Shown: piece by piece, positions 23,286 through 34,193 of the stretch
How positions within the stretch are numbered: position 1 is the stretch's first letter
Layout: each line of letters begins with the position of its first letter
Assembly: GCF_000281045.1 (NCBI RefSeq)
Contig: NW_008246083.1
Span: 289,219 to 325,837, forward strand
Source of the DNA: Saprolegnia diclina VS20
Lineage: Eukaryota
DNA: 36,619 bases
Direction of reading: 5' to 3'
The notes under the pieces: model-generated
Database searches by the model: none
Told to the model about the DNA's origin: nothing
The model's input: the letters and a program-made list of their open reading frames with translations, nothing else
Position numbers and translations under genes: made by a program

Positions 23286-23597
23286 TTATTTAAGGCTTGG
23301 ACTCGCGTCAGCGATGGGCCATTCACCGAGGTCCGTGCTGTCGCCGCGTGCATACTTCTGCACAAAGGCCTGCACGAGGCGCCCGATCGCTAAGATCTCC
23401 TCTTTCTCGCGCTCCGACACCTCGATCGTCTCGTCAGCGATCTGCTGGACGAGGTTAGCAAAGATGAGGGCGGACTCAGCGATGCTCCGGAACAGTTCTG
23501 CATTCTCTGCTGTCGTGGCCTGCGCCTGCGTTGACGCGGCGTCGAGACGCGGGCGGGGGACCCTGTTGCGCGGACTCGGAGTCTTCAGCTTGGTCAT
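23286..23597 (-). CDS. Small hypothetical helical protein (103 aa)
   Basis: MTKLKTPSPRNR..AELFRSIAESALIFANLVQQIADETIEVSEREKEEILAIGRLVQAFVQKY has amphipathic helical periodicity and lies divergent from the gene at 23788. No family recognised. Confidence 0.5.
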   Translation of the reverse strand: MTKLKTPSPRNRVPRPRLDAASTQAQATTAENAELFRSIAESALIFANLVQQIADETIEVSEREKEEILAIGRLVQAFVQKYARGDSTDLGEWPIADASPSLK

Positions 23598-23652
23598 TTC
23601 AAATGGGACTTTGGCATTGGCAGGTGAACGTTGCAGCTGCAACCGACACAAT

Positions 23653-23745
23653 TTATCCGGATAATAACAACATGGCGCTCTATCCGGATAAAAAGATGTC
23701 GAAATGCCACGAACTATCCGGAGAGTTGCTCTTTGTATCCGGATG
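23653..23745. promoter_or_regulatory. Cluster of four TATCCGGA(TA) palindromic motifs in a bidirectional promoter
   Basis: TATCCGGATA at 23654 and 23681, TATCCGGAGA at 23715, TATCCGGATG at 23736. Confidence 0.6.
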
Positions 23746-23787
23746 ACCAGCTTGCACGATTGGCTTGGTGCATAACCGTGCAGCACG

Positions 23788-25378
23788 ATGGCGGCGACTG
23801 GATGGGACTGCTTCGACGACAGCAGCGACGACGAGGTCGAGCGCTTCGATGAAGAAGTGTGGGAGCTCACGCCCGAGCGCGTCGGCCGCCTCACCACAGA
23901 GCTCCTGCGCACCGTGCCAGCGCGCCGCAAGGCCCACGGCGTCGAGGGTAATGTGCTGCTGCCACCGGCGGCAACGCTGGCGCCGAACGCCGCTGCGCTT
24001 CGCCCGCGCCTCGAGGACGCCGGGTACATCTTCCCCGACGCATGTGCATCGGACGTGGTCGTGGACTTTGACGCGCTCACGGCCGACATGTCGTACGAGG
24101 CGACGCAAGCGGCGCTCACGTCGTTACATGCCAAGGTCCTTCCGGGCGGCGTCGTGATCATGCGCGTGCCGCCGATGCTCTCGGTCGACTTTGTCTCGGA
24201 GTACTGGGCGCTGCCCCGCGTCGCGTCCCTTTCGGGGCCGTTTGCCGACGCGGCAACACGCATCGTGCCGGGTCCGTGCCTTGTCGCGGTGCACACGCGG
24301 CAGGCAGATGTCAACCCGAAGCACTACCGTCTCGAACCCGCGACGGCCGCGAGCTTGGACCACGAGCGCAACTGGGTCGATCGTGTCACGCTCGGCCGGA
24401 CCTTCTCGGAGCGGCAGCACGGTGTTTTGAGCGTCGAATCGCATGCCCGCGCCTGCAGTATTCTTCGCGACTATGGCGTTGTCGTGCTCCGGGGTCTCTT
24501 CAACCCCGAGACGGTCCGCAAGTATGGTGCTGCCGCGCTCTTGGACTTTGCCGACGTCGCAGATGCGCTCGCTGCCGACCACGACATGGACGTCTTCAAC
24601 CCGGGCGAGAAGCCGCCGTCGCGCAACTTTGTCGAGTTTGCGACGCGCGAGGCGTTCCGGTGCGACCTCCGCCACACGCCGGCGCTCACGTCGCTGCGAT
24701 CGACCGAGCCAACCGAGGACGCCCGACTCAGCGACGGCATCAACCCGCGGCACCCGGTGGTCGTGGCCATTCTCCAGGACGTTGCGCAGCCGGACGCAGG
24801 TCCGGTCCGCAATGCGGGCAACTATGGCATGTGGAACTTTAGCTTTGGCGGTCCCGGGTCGCGCCAGCGCCTTTTGCACGGCGAGATCGGCGCGATCGTG
24901 AGTACGCCCGGCTGCTTTGATCAAAAGATCCACGCAGACATCCCGCACCTCTTCAACACGCTCGACTTGCCGCCGCACCTGCTCCACGCCTTCTTGCCTG
25001 CGTGCGACGCCGGCGGCTACGACGCGGGCCAAACCGCCTTTGTTGTCGAGTCGCACTTTCTAGATACTTGTGCGCGCATGACCAACGAAGACGGCTCTGG
25101 TATTCCCGAGACGATCGCCAAGACGATCCGACCGCACGTGACGCCGGGCGACTTGGTGCTCTTCGACTGCCGCGTGCTGCACCTTGGCTTGTCCAACACG
25201 ACGGCCCCGCTGGGTAATGCGACGTCTTCTGAGAGGTGCCATGGCTGATGATGGCTGCATAGGCTCCAAGGAAGGTGTGCGCCGACCGATCCTGTACGTC
25301 AACTGGCATTTGCCGTGGTTTGAAGACAAGAAGAACTGGGAGCGCGTCTCGCTCTTTGCGCCGCCAGCGACCAAGTAA
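23788..25378 (+). CDS. PhyH-like Fe(II)/2-oxoglutarate dioxygenase with an N-terminal extension
   Basis: YGVVVLRGLF, QKIHAD (HxD), GQTAFVVESH, PGDLVLFDCRVLHLGLSN (distal His); after an intron at about 25214-25262, RRPILYVNW..WFEDKKNW. Confidence 0.85.
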
Positions 25379-25517
25379 ACCGACTAATGGAGCAACTACT
25401 CGGTATAGAGTTGTACTTGCACGAGTCGAGTACAATGCGTCGTTGGATTACACGATCGGGGTCGTTGTAGCGCGATCAAGAGTAGTTAAAGTTATAAGTG
25501 TAGTCGGGTGCTCTGGT

Positions 25518-25982
25518 TTACTTGTGGTTGGCGAGGCCCGCCGCGAGGAGCGCAGCCACGTCGTCCGAGACGCCCTTCTTGGCGCCGGCCGCCGGGGCCG
25601 CGGCCTTGCCGTCCTTCGCCTTGTAGTCAAGCTTGCCCTGCTGCTTGCCGTCGCGGCGCTTGGCCGTCTCTTCCTTGGCAGCGGCAAAGGCGGCCAGGAA
25701 CTTGGCTTCGTCAAAGTTCTCCTTGGGGTGGCGCGAGTCGTAGTGGATCTTGAGATCCGGGAACGACATGAACTCGTTCAAGCACACCTCTAAGTATAGA
25801 GGTCAGCATCTCGTCCCGTGCAGAGGAGGCTGCGTACCGCACTTGACGCCGACCTTTTGGCACTTGCGGAGCTCCTGGCCCGACGAGCCGCCGCCGGCAG
25901 CACCGGCGCGCTCCTTGGCGGCCTTGTGCTTCATGTTGATTTCCTTGGCCGTGTGCTTCTGCGCCTTAGCCTTGCCGCCCAT
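25518..25982 (-). CDS. ZNF706/4F5-like small basic C2H2 zinc-finger protein
   Basis: MGGKAKAQKHTAKEINMKHKAAK..VKC, one intron, then EVCLNEFMSFPDLKIHYDSRHPK; C-x2-C-x12-H-x4-H ending in HPK. Confidence 0.8.
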
Positions 25983-27644
25983 CTTGCTGCTTCTTTCCTG
26001 AGATTATTGAGACTGATGACCCAGAGCCAATCTCGCCAATCGATGCGATCCGGATAATGCTCCAATCACGACCAATGAAACCGACATGGCTATTCCCACG
26101 CAATCTTCTCGGTCTTCTACTCGAGAAAATGGATGCGACAAAGAGACGCATATTCTCGATGAGGCTAGGATACCGTCCTTGTGATTTCGGCAACAAGGCT
26201 TCGATAACGTACATGTGGTGCAGAGCGCGTCGTTCCCACCGACGCACTGAATGCCACGTAAAGTTGTGTGTTTTTAATGCCTCACGAGCTATCGTGTTCT
26301 CTGCCATCGCGTGGCAGCCCAAAACACGATCGCGGCCGTCGCTGCACAGAAGAAGACATTGTTTCGCAGCCGACTGCCATCTCTCTTTGACAACGATACC
26401 TCGAATATCCAAATGCAATTCTAGCACGCACCATTTATGGACAATATTGTCCCATGGACGATCTTTCATGCGCACCACGTCAATGAAACCAACCTTAAAT
26501 GCCATGAGCTGTCGCTCCAATCGCAGTCGACACGCCACTCTGAATGTGGAAACGGCAAGAGATTCGAGTACTACAGCGGGATAATCCTCGAGAGCAACAA
26601 CTCGGTACCTCGCAGCACGGAACCGGCGACCGTCTTATAGCTCGTCTTAGTGCGAGACCACCTAGCAGCTCTTCACAATCCCATCTACCCCTCCACCCTC
26701 ACCCCGAAGGCGCAAGAGCAAGCGCGCAGCAACCATTCCTCTCGAAACCCAACAACCTTTTTGCCATTGACACCATTTTTCATCCGATTTTTATTACCGA
26801 GCATCTGTCTACTTCCGGTGGGGAGTTAAGGAGTCCTTCCTAGTGCACCCCATGAGCTTGGAATGGATGGATCCTGCGTGGCGTCTGGTGCAAGTTGATG
26901 TATGGGACGCGCTGCATACTCCGAGACTAGTTGATGCGGTACTAATACCACTTTGCGCCAAATTCGTGTCCTTGTCGCAGCGCGATCCGACTCTTCTCCG
27001 AGAGCCTCCGAGAACTCCGGTGACGCTCTTGCACGATCAGCACGGCGTGGATCAGAGTTGTGTGATGCCTTCACGCGTAGCCGCGTAAACAAGCAACGTT
27101 GCAACGACCAGCTCGATGCTTTCTCGACAACTCGGAACGACCGCCGCCAGCTCCTACGAGTCAACACATCGCCGGGCCCTGTACTCTTGAGGAGCAGCCC
27201 AGTACATTATCCAGACCCCGTTCTTTGCGTGACCTGCTCCTTGCGAATAGACTCAAGTAAGCTTTCGTTCGAGACCGTCAAGACGTTGTTGAGTTTGCAG
27301 AGTTATGGACCATAACTCTGCAAACGTGGATTTTTCACCCTCTGATCCACGCCTGTCCACGATTAAGCCAAAACGGCTTCCACGTTTTTTTTACACTTGA
27401 TTAAAGTATGCAAAGGTGCTCGGCGAGTTCAATTTCACCCGCGCGGGGTAATTAATTTCGCTATTTTCAAATCCGACCAATCCACGTTGTCTATCAATAT
27501 TTAAAGCAAGTCGATTTGGGTTTGCGGCAATTTGAGTTTTTATTATTTTTCATTGGCAAACAACACGGCGGGTAGCTCAGCGACGACACCGTCGAAGGGC
27601 GCGAGGTCGGCTTCCTCACACCGCCGCCCTGGGAAATCCGCGCG

Positions 27645-27888
27645 CGCTCTGGTACACGCCTGGTACACGTAGCACGTCCAGCGAGTGGTCCAGAGCCTCG
27701 CATATCTTGCGCTACTGAGCGTCGCGATCCTCCTCGTCGCCAACGTCGTCGCCGCCGTGCTAGCGCTACTACGACTCGCTCTGGTACACTCACAACGTTG
27801 TAGCAAGTCCAGCGGATGGGTCAGCGCCTTGCGTATCTGGCGCTACTAAGCGCGCGATGCACCCCGTCGCCAGCGTCGTCGCCGCCGT
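27645..27888. repeat. Two-copy diverged tandem repeat, period about 132 bp
   Basis: CGCTCTGGTACAC..GTAGCA.GTCCAGCG..TATCT.GCGCTACT.AGCG..CGTCGCCA.CGTCGTCGCCGCCGT at 27645-27758 and 27777-27888. Confidence 0.8.
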
Positions 27889-28150
27889 AGTGTCACCACA
27901 ACAACCTCTCGGTGGCTCGACTGGATGCTGCGGCGCGCGCTCTTGCGCTACCGCGTATGTCGGTGCTGGAGCTCAAAGGACGATCTGGCGCTTCCTCTGT
28001 GGCTCCATTGGCTTACATATGAGAGGAGTACACTTAGCCTTAAGGCCGAGCGGGCAGGCTCTTGCGGGCGCAGGATTCCGAAGCGACAGTACGCCCACGC
28101 CTCCAGCACCCTGAAGGGCGGTCGCATGCGCACTGGTCGGCCGGCCAGAT

Positions 28151-28254
28151 ATACATTTTTCAAGTTGTCAAGATCGATTACGTAATCCCTTGCTGCCAAC
28201 CCTGCTGCCAACCCAGCCATACATTTTTCAAGTCGTCCGATCGATTACGTAATC
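28151..28254. repeat. Direct repeat of about 37 bp containing the palindrome GATTACGTAATC
   Basis: ATACATTTTTCAAGT(t/c)GTC(aa/c)GATCGATTACGTAATC at 28151-28187 and 28219-28254, separated by TGCTGCCAACCC repeats. Confidence 0.85.
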
Positions 28255-28511
28255 TATTCACGGTTTTATCTTGCATTTTGTATTTGTAAAAAATCCACGC
28301 TGGAGCCATGGTGGAGCCACAAATAGAGCCATATTTCTCGAAAATATGGCAGCAAAAAAAATCCACGTTTGAGAGGCCTGGTTATGGTGTTGCAGTTCCC
28401 ACTCCATCGTGAGAGCTGCCTTTACGTCACCATACTGAAACGCCGTGTTTTGCCGAGCAGATGGCGCGCCAAAGGCGCACCCGGCGACATTGCACATTTT
28501 TTAAACTCAAA

Positions 28512-29750
28512 ATGGGCTTTGGCATGCGCATACCCGAGGCGGCTTGCGCGTACCCGCTCATCGCGCCCGAGTGCGCGACGCCGATCGCGACCGTGACACC
28601 GCGCTACCGCGTGCAGCAGCTCGCCTACCTCGGCGTCGGCTCTCTCCTCGTCCTCCTCGTCACGTTCAAGCTGGCGGTCCTCGTCACCAAGCGCGATCGC
28701 GGTACACAATTCTTGCATTTGGCCGACGTTGGCCTCATGGGCGCATGGGTTTTCCTTAGGACAAGCAACGCAACGAAATATCTTACTACTGCTTCTTTGC
28801 GCGGCCGTTCTCCTCACAACCCGCGCCATCGACCCACTCGGCCTCAACAACGTGCTGCCGTACGTGCTCGTTGTGGGCATGAGCGACGCGTGCACAGGCT
28901 GCCTCGAGACTGCCATGTACTCTAGTACCTCTTGCATTTGATTTACTATCGCATTGGCATGGGTAGCATCGTCATGCTCATGTTTTGGATCCGAGTCATG
29001 GAAGGCGACGTGCAAGAATACTCGCCGCGCTTGCTCTTTGTCGGCGGCCTCTCGATCGCCGCGGCGTGGGTCGCCAACGTCGTCTTCCCCATCCTGCAAT
29101 GGTACATATCTCGAATAATGATGGAAACATTGTCCTTAACTTCTGTGCGCAGGTACTATTGGGACACGGGTGACCACGTCATTGAGCGCATCAAGATCTC
29201 GACCGCGCTGGTCATTACGCTGCTCATGACGACGACTGTGAGCATCTATGGCTGGAAGATCCACCGCCGCCTCGAAGACATTCTTGACGCTGCGAGCCTC
29301 GAAGCGCCCATCGACGACTACGACTATGTGCTCTCGACCAAGAACGTGCTCGGCCAAGGGGCGTCACCGACATTGCCGTTACCGCTGCCGCCACCGTCGG
29401 TCCGGTCGTACCATGGCGCGTGCTGTCTTCGCTCCAAGATGCTTGAGACACTCGTGGGTCTGCAACTCGTTGCCGGATTTATCTTTATCCTCCAGGTATA
29501 CAATTATTTGTGGTGTAGATTGTTACCCTACCCTCGACGACTAGATTTATACTATCTTTCGCGTCGAGACCCAAAACGACTCGGTTGTCACGTGCGTCAT
29601 GACGGGCTGCACACACGCCCACATGAACGTACCCATCATGCCGATCGCGCAGGTTTGACGTCCTCTTTCTGCATTCTTCTCCCCTCTCATGACGATGGAA
29701 CGTAGGTGCTCGGTATTTGCGCCGGCGTGTGGATCTTCCGCCACGTCTAG
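28512..29750 (+). CDS. Multi-pass (about 7 TM) membrane protein
   Basis: Spliced exons carry successive hydrophobic helices: LAYLGVGSLLVLLVTF, FLCAAVLLTTRAIDPLG, IIVMLMFW, LLFVGGLSIAAAWVANVVFPIL, TALVITLLMTTTVSIYGWKI, LVGLQLVAGFIFILQ, VLGICAGVWIF. Confidence 0.7.
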
Positions 29751-30012
29751 TCGCGTTCTTGAATGTTGTCTGTTGATTGTGTCAACTGTTAATTAAGTTA
29801 TCGTATTTGTCATGTTGCACAGCTTGCATCGAGTGAAAGGTAGCAGCTACGCACGCCAGGTGCCTTTATACTGTACTATACTTATGCTAAAGATGCTTTA
29901 TAGTCCACGGCCGCAAAAACCGACTTTGAAAATCGCACCGGGTTCCTTTCTTGGTTGGGCCAAAGATCTTCGAGAGAGAACGACGCAGGGCCCGGATAAT
30001 ATCGACGCCCGC

Positions 30013-32272
30013 TTATTGCGACCTCGCACTGAGCTGCAGTGCGTGCTTTCGAAGATCGTCCAGCCGAAGGATGTCGCGACCGGGGCAGAAATGGTGCTTG
30101 ACGTGCACGAGCCACGCCCGCTCGGTCGGAAACGAGAGAAAGCACACGCGGCAGTAGCTCACAGGCGGGTTCCCCGACCGATAAGCGGTTCGTGCGTCAA
30201 ATTTGGCCTTGTCCATGAGCCGCAGAAGCACGCGCTTCGATGCCATGGCCTTGGTCGTTGCTAAGAGCCGATATCGTATGAATACGGATGGTGAATGAGG
30301 ATAAGATACCGCCCGTGAGGTGCCCGACAAGGGCCTGGCCCCGCAGCTTCATCTTGAGCAGCGCCATGTGCGTCTTGCTCTGGCTACGCACCGCGTCGGC
30401 TTTCCACCACGCGACAAACTCGGAAAATTCAATGCCGCCGCTGCCATCCGTATCCATGTCTACGTTCCAGTTAAACCACACTTCCGGAGCATCTCTGGCG
30501 GTAGCTGCACCTGCAAAGCCTTGGCGCAAGTCCTTCTCGGGCATCGGTACACCAAGCTCGGACGTCAAGAGCCGCAGCTCGTCCAGATCAATCGTACCTA
30601 CGCAGAACAGTACATGCATGCAGCACCTGCGGCAACGACAAAGCGGTTTGCACCCGAGCCGTCCGTGTCGAACGCGGCGAAAGCGGCTTCCATCGCTTGC
30701 GTCTCCAGGTCGACCTTGTGACGCGGCTTGAGCTTCTTCTCTCGCTTCATTGCGTCGCGCTCGCGCTTAATTTCTGCGTAGCCGGCTGGCGTCTGGAGCA
30801 AAGCTAGTGTCTCGGTCCGCGCCTGCATTGCTGACTTGAGTCAAGATCGTCATACCGACCATCGTACCACTCGTTGCGCGGCCTCCATGACGGCAATCTC
30901 GCTCGCGAGGCGACTGGCTTCGCGCCGAATCGCGCGGTGGCGGTAGCACCAGCGTCGACATGCAGTGTAAATGCGCAGCAAGCACTTGGCCTTCTGCACC
31001 TAGTGCACTATTGTCAGCAGTCATGGACGACTATGCATCCTACCTTGTACGTAGCGTAGCGTTGGATGAGCTTTTGGATCGCGGTCGCGGCGCGATGGCG
31101 GCGCTGCGTGTGGTGTCTGCGCTGGCGGAGGCAGTAGCGGCGCCAGCAGCACTGAATTCCAGTAGCCGCCTTGTTCTTACTCGCGAGCCGCGCCGATGCG
31201 CGCGACTGGATCACGCGCGCCGATCGATTCGTGGTCGCCACCCGGACCCGGGCTTGACGCTACCGTAATTAGCGTTGAAGAGCAGCGTTCATTCGAGATG
31301 CATACATGGCGGCGAAGTCGGAACCGACAAAACAGCTGCAGCAGCAAGAGACTCGAAAAGAGCCGATCGAGATGGGTCCGCAGCGACCGACGAAAGCAGA
31401 CGCAGCGATACATGCGGGCCACCTACATGCTGTCTTCATGCAACCAGCGAGGAGATTGCTGCGAATGACCTTGGACGACGCCGCGTGCGCATCGGTCGAA
31501 TATGGAAACAAGAGCTCGGGGGCCCCCGTGCTCACGTGTACTGGGATGGGCAGCGTCACTGCTGTCGCTAAGCTCAGCGACGTCGTCGGGTGTTGCATCT
31601 GCATGGCCGTGTGAGCTTTTGCAATTGCAGAAGGGCGGAGCTTACTTGTTCGGCTCGGTGGACAAAGACGGAGGCATCCAGCGGCCGCGCCAAGAGCGAC
31701 CGCACTTCGTCCTGCCAAATCGACCCCCGCGCACGCTGGACCAAGTGCGCTTCTAGTCGTGCGCGCATCTGCACATCCATATTGGTCACTCGCAATTGCC
31801 TGTACGGTACCTCGATCGAGAGCAGAGCAGGTCGCAAGCGTGTCACGAGGGTCGTTGTCGTCGCCTCGACGCGAAATGGCTCAGCCTTTGCAAGCCGCTG
31901 GAGCGCGGTATGCACGTGTCGCTCAGGGACGTGGCGGCTCTTTGAACACATGACAACGCGATCTTCCGGTGCGAGCGGCGCCAGCGCCGTGTACTTGGCA
32001 GCGCTCCTGCCGTAAATGAGCTCGATCGTACTCTGAAGCTGCTCCAAACGCTCGTCGTGCGTCGTCTCTTGCCAGCGCAGAAAGAGGTCTGCGTCGCTAA
32101 AGGCAGCCGTTGCCTCGGCGTGCCAGCGCAGCGCCACCTTCTTGGGCACCAGCGGCTGCAGAGGCGTCGGTACCTTGCGCTTCCGGGGCCTACGCCGCAG
32201 TTGGAGGACGATCGCTATAATTGAGAGAGCGTACTTGCGCGGTGGCGCGTACAGGGCCTCGGCGCGGTGCAT
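30013..32272 (-). CDS. Protein with IQ-like motifs, an EF-hand pair and a C-terminal C2H2-like zinc finger
   Basis: IQ-like ARVIQSRASAR, ATGIQCCWRRY and ATAIQKLIQRY; EF loops DTDGSGTIDLDE and DTDGSGGIEFSE; CRVCFLSFPTERAWLVHVKHH. Exon joins in the 5' half are approximate. Confidence 0.7.
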
Positions 32273-32504
32273 TTTTGCCGCGACGGTTTCAGCTATTTTA
32301 TGGCGCCTGCCTTTCTCATACGGCGGCGCCCTCGTAGTGTGCCACGTCACGAGAGCAAAGGTCCTAATATGCTGACTGCACTGACTGCTAGGAAGTTTAG
32401 AGGCTCTTGAATATGCGATCACATCATACTGATATCCTTGGCTGAGGGGCTTACGTCCTAGTATGTCAGAGGGACGCTCTTGTGCCTCTGACCGCATTGG
32501 CTGT

Positions 32505-34166
32505 CTACACTTGGTGGGCAGACTTGCCAAAAAAGTTGAGCGTCGGCTTGGTCCCAGCCGTCTTTGGGATACTGAACGAGATAAGGAGCTCTGCCGCCAT
32601 GAAGTCGTACGGCAAAACGAACGCAGTGTCGCTCACCGCAATGAGGTCGACGCTGATGGCGCCATAGGCAAAGTGCAAACTGCCGTTCCGCAGCGAGATG
32701 ACAATCGGGCCGAAGTAGTCGGGCGACGTATCCAAAAAGTACGTGCCAGGAAGGACGCTGGAGCTGGGCACTGTGATGTTGCTCTTGGGCCACGGCTGCT
32801 GCTCAAAATAGTGCGGGTCACAGGGCGTGTCGGGGATCTTGTCGGCGACCGCCAGCCCGCGTTCAAAGACTTCGGTCAATGTTTCCTTGGGAATGCCGAG
32901 GAAGAGACCGAGGACGTACGAGCGCATGAGCTCGAGGAGCGTCGCGTCATGCGCCTTCCCGCCCATGGACGCCTTGTTGGCGAGCAAAACGAGCCCGAGT
33001 CCTCGCCCTGGTACGTATGCTGTCGTGCAAGTGCCCGCTTTGTTGCCGCCGTTCTTCATGGCAAAGCGCTCGCCAAAGAAGAGATCACCAATAGGACCGA
33101 CACCGTACCCGGTCATAATCCCGGCGCCATCCAAACTCGTCGCGTCGAGACCAAGCGTGGCCATGAACAAACTCGGGTCCGGTAGCTCAATGATACCGTG
33201 ACCAGAGTAGATGGCCCCCAGCGACTGCGGCGACTTGAACGTCGCCCCGCCCTTGGCCAAGACGTGCTTGAGAAACGCTGCCATGTCGTTGGCCGACGAG
33301 ACAATCGAGCCCGCTGCAAGCATTGGGACGGTGGGGCTGAGCTTGGCCATGCTCGATGACGTCAGCGCGAATGGGCCAATGACGACGTCCTTGCACGTGT
33401 TGTGTCCATGCGTCAAGCGCGACGCTGGCGCATCTGCGGGTGTGCCATACGTCGACGTCATGCCCCACGGCTGCCAGATCTCGGTCGCCATATACTTGCT
33501 CCAGTGAGTGCCCGAGACAGCCCCAATCACTTGACCGAGGACGTTGAAGCCGACGTTCGAGTACGCAAAGCCCGGGCGAACCTTCCGCGTCGTGTTCATG
33601 TACCGAAGCCGCTCGATGCCTTCGCGCTCCGAGGCAATGACACCCAGCATTTGCAGCTCGTCGCCCTCGTGGTCACCAAGGACCGAGTTGTGCGACGCGA
33701 GATCTCCGATCGTCGTGGCTTCTTCAGCGTACTTGTCTTGAAGCGTGAACCACGGGAGGTGCTGCTTGACAGTGTCGTGCCACTGGAGCTTGCCGTCGTC
33801 GACGAGCTTGGCGAGTGCGATGGCCACGTGCGTCTTGGACACGGACCCGAGCTCAAAGAGCGTGTCAGCGTCGACGGGATCGTTGGTCACACCAAACTGC
33901 TTGGTGCCAAAGCCGCGGGCAATCAACGTCTATTCACAAGACGTCAGAGACAATAGTACAATGGAAGACGAACGTACTTGGTTGCCTTGCACGACGGCGA
34001 GGGCGAGACCCGGGTAGTGGAAGCGTTGGCGCTGGGCTTCAATGAACGCAATGGCGTCGTTCACGTTGCTCTCCTGCAGGCTACTTGGGCTGGACACCAT
34101 GGACACGAGCTCCGGTCCGAACGGGAGACCGAGAAAGGTCGCGTACGCACTAATGAGTCGCTGCAT
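32505..34166 (-). CDS. Beta-lactamase-family (class C/S12-like) serine hydrolase, copy 1
   Basis: PGLALAVV, intron 33931-33977, then FELGSVSK (SxxK), LVDDGKLQW, FAYSN (YxN), AAGSIVSSANDMA and KNGG, with a C-terminal GTY..YFGPIVI extension. Confidence 0.92.
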
Positions 34167-34175
34167 CGCTGTCGA

Positions 34176-34193
34176 GCAAACTGCAAAATGAGC
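34176..34193 (-). promoter_or_regulatory. Oomycete Inr/FPR core promoter
   Basis: GCTCATTTTGCAGTTTG on the minus strand about 10 nt before the ATG; resembles the oomycete GCTCATTYYNCAWTTT consensus. Confidence 0.7.

Larger units (their letters stand above)
27310..28388. mobile_element. Putative non-autonomous DNA transposon (MITE-like)
   Basis: Perfect 15-bp inverted repeat CAAACGTGGATTTTT (27321-27335 and 28357-28371), outer ACCATAAC/GTTATGGT match, subterminal TCCACG copies, AT-rich ends, internal direct repeats, no convincing ORF. Confidence 0.6.

Noticed and set aside
25966..27290. ORFs 25966-26538, 26057-26584 and 26953-27315 as a possible transposase or pseudogene
   Set aside because: No DDE, RT or other family motif is recognisable by eye; a decayed relic cannot be excluded without a search.
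28151..28254. 37-bp repeat, 31-bp spacer, repeat resembling a minimal CRISPR array
   Set aside because: Only two imperfect copies, the spacer is itself repetitive, the context is eukaryotic and there are no cas genes.
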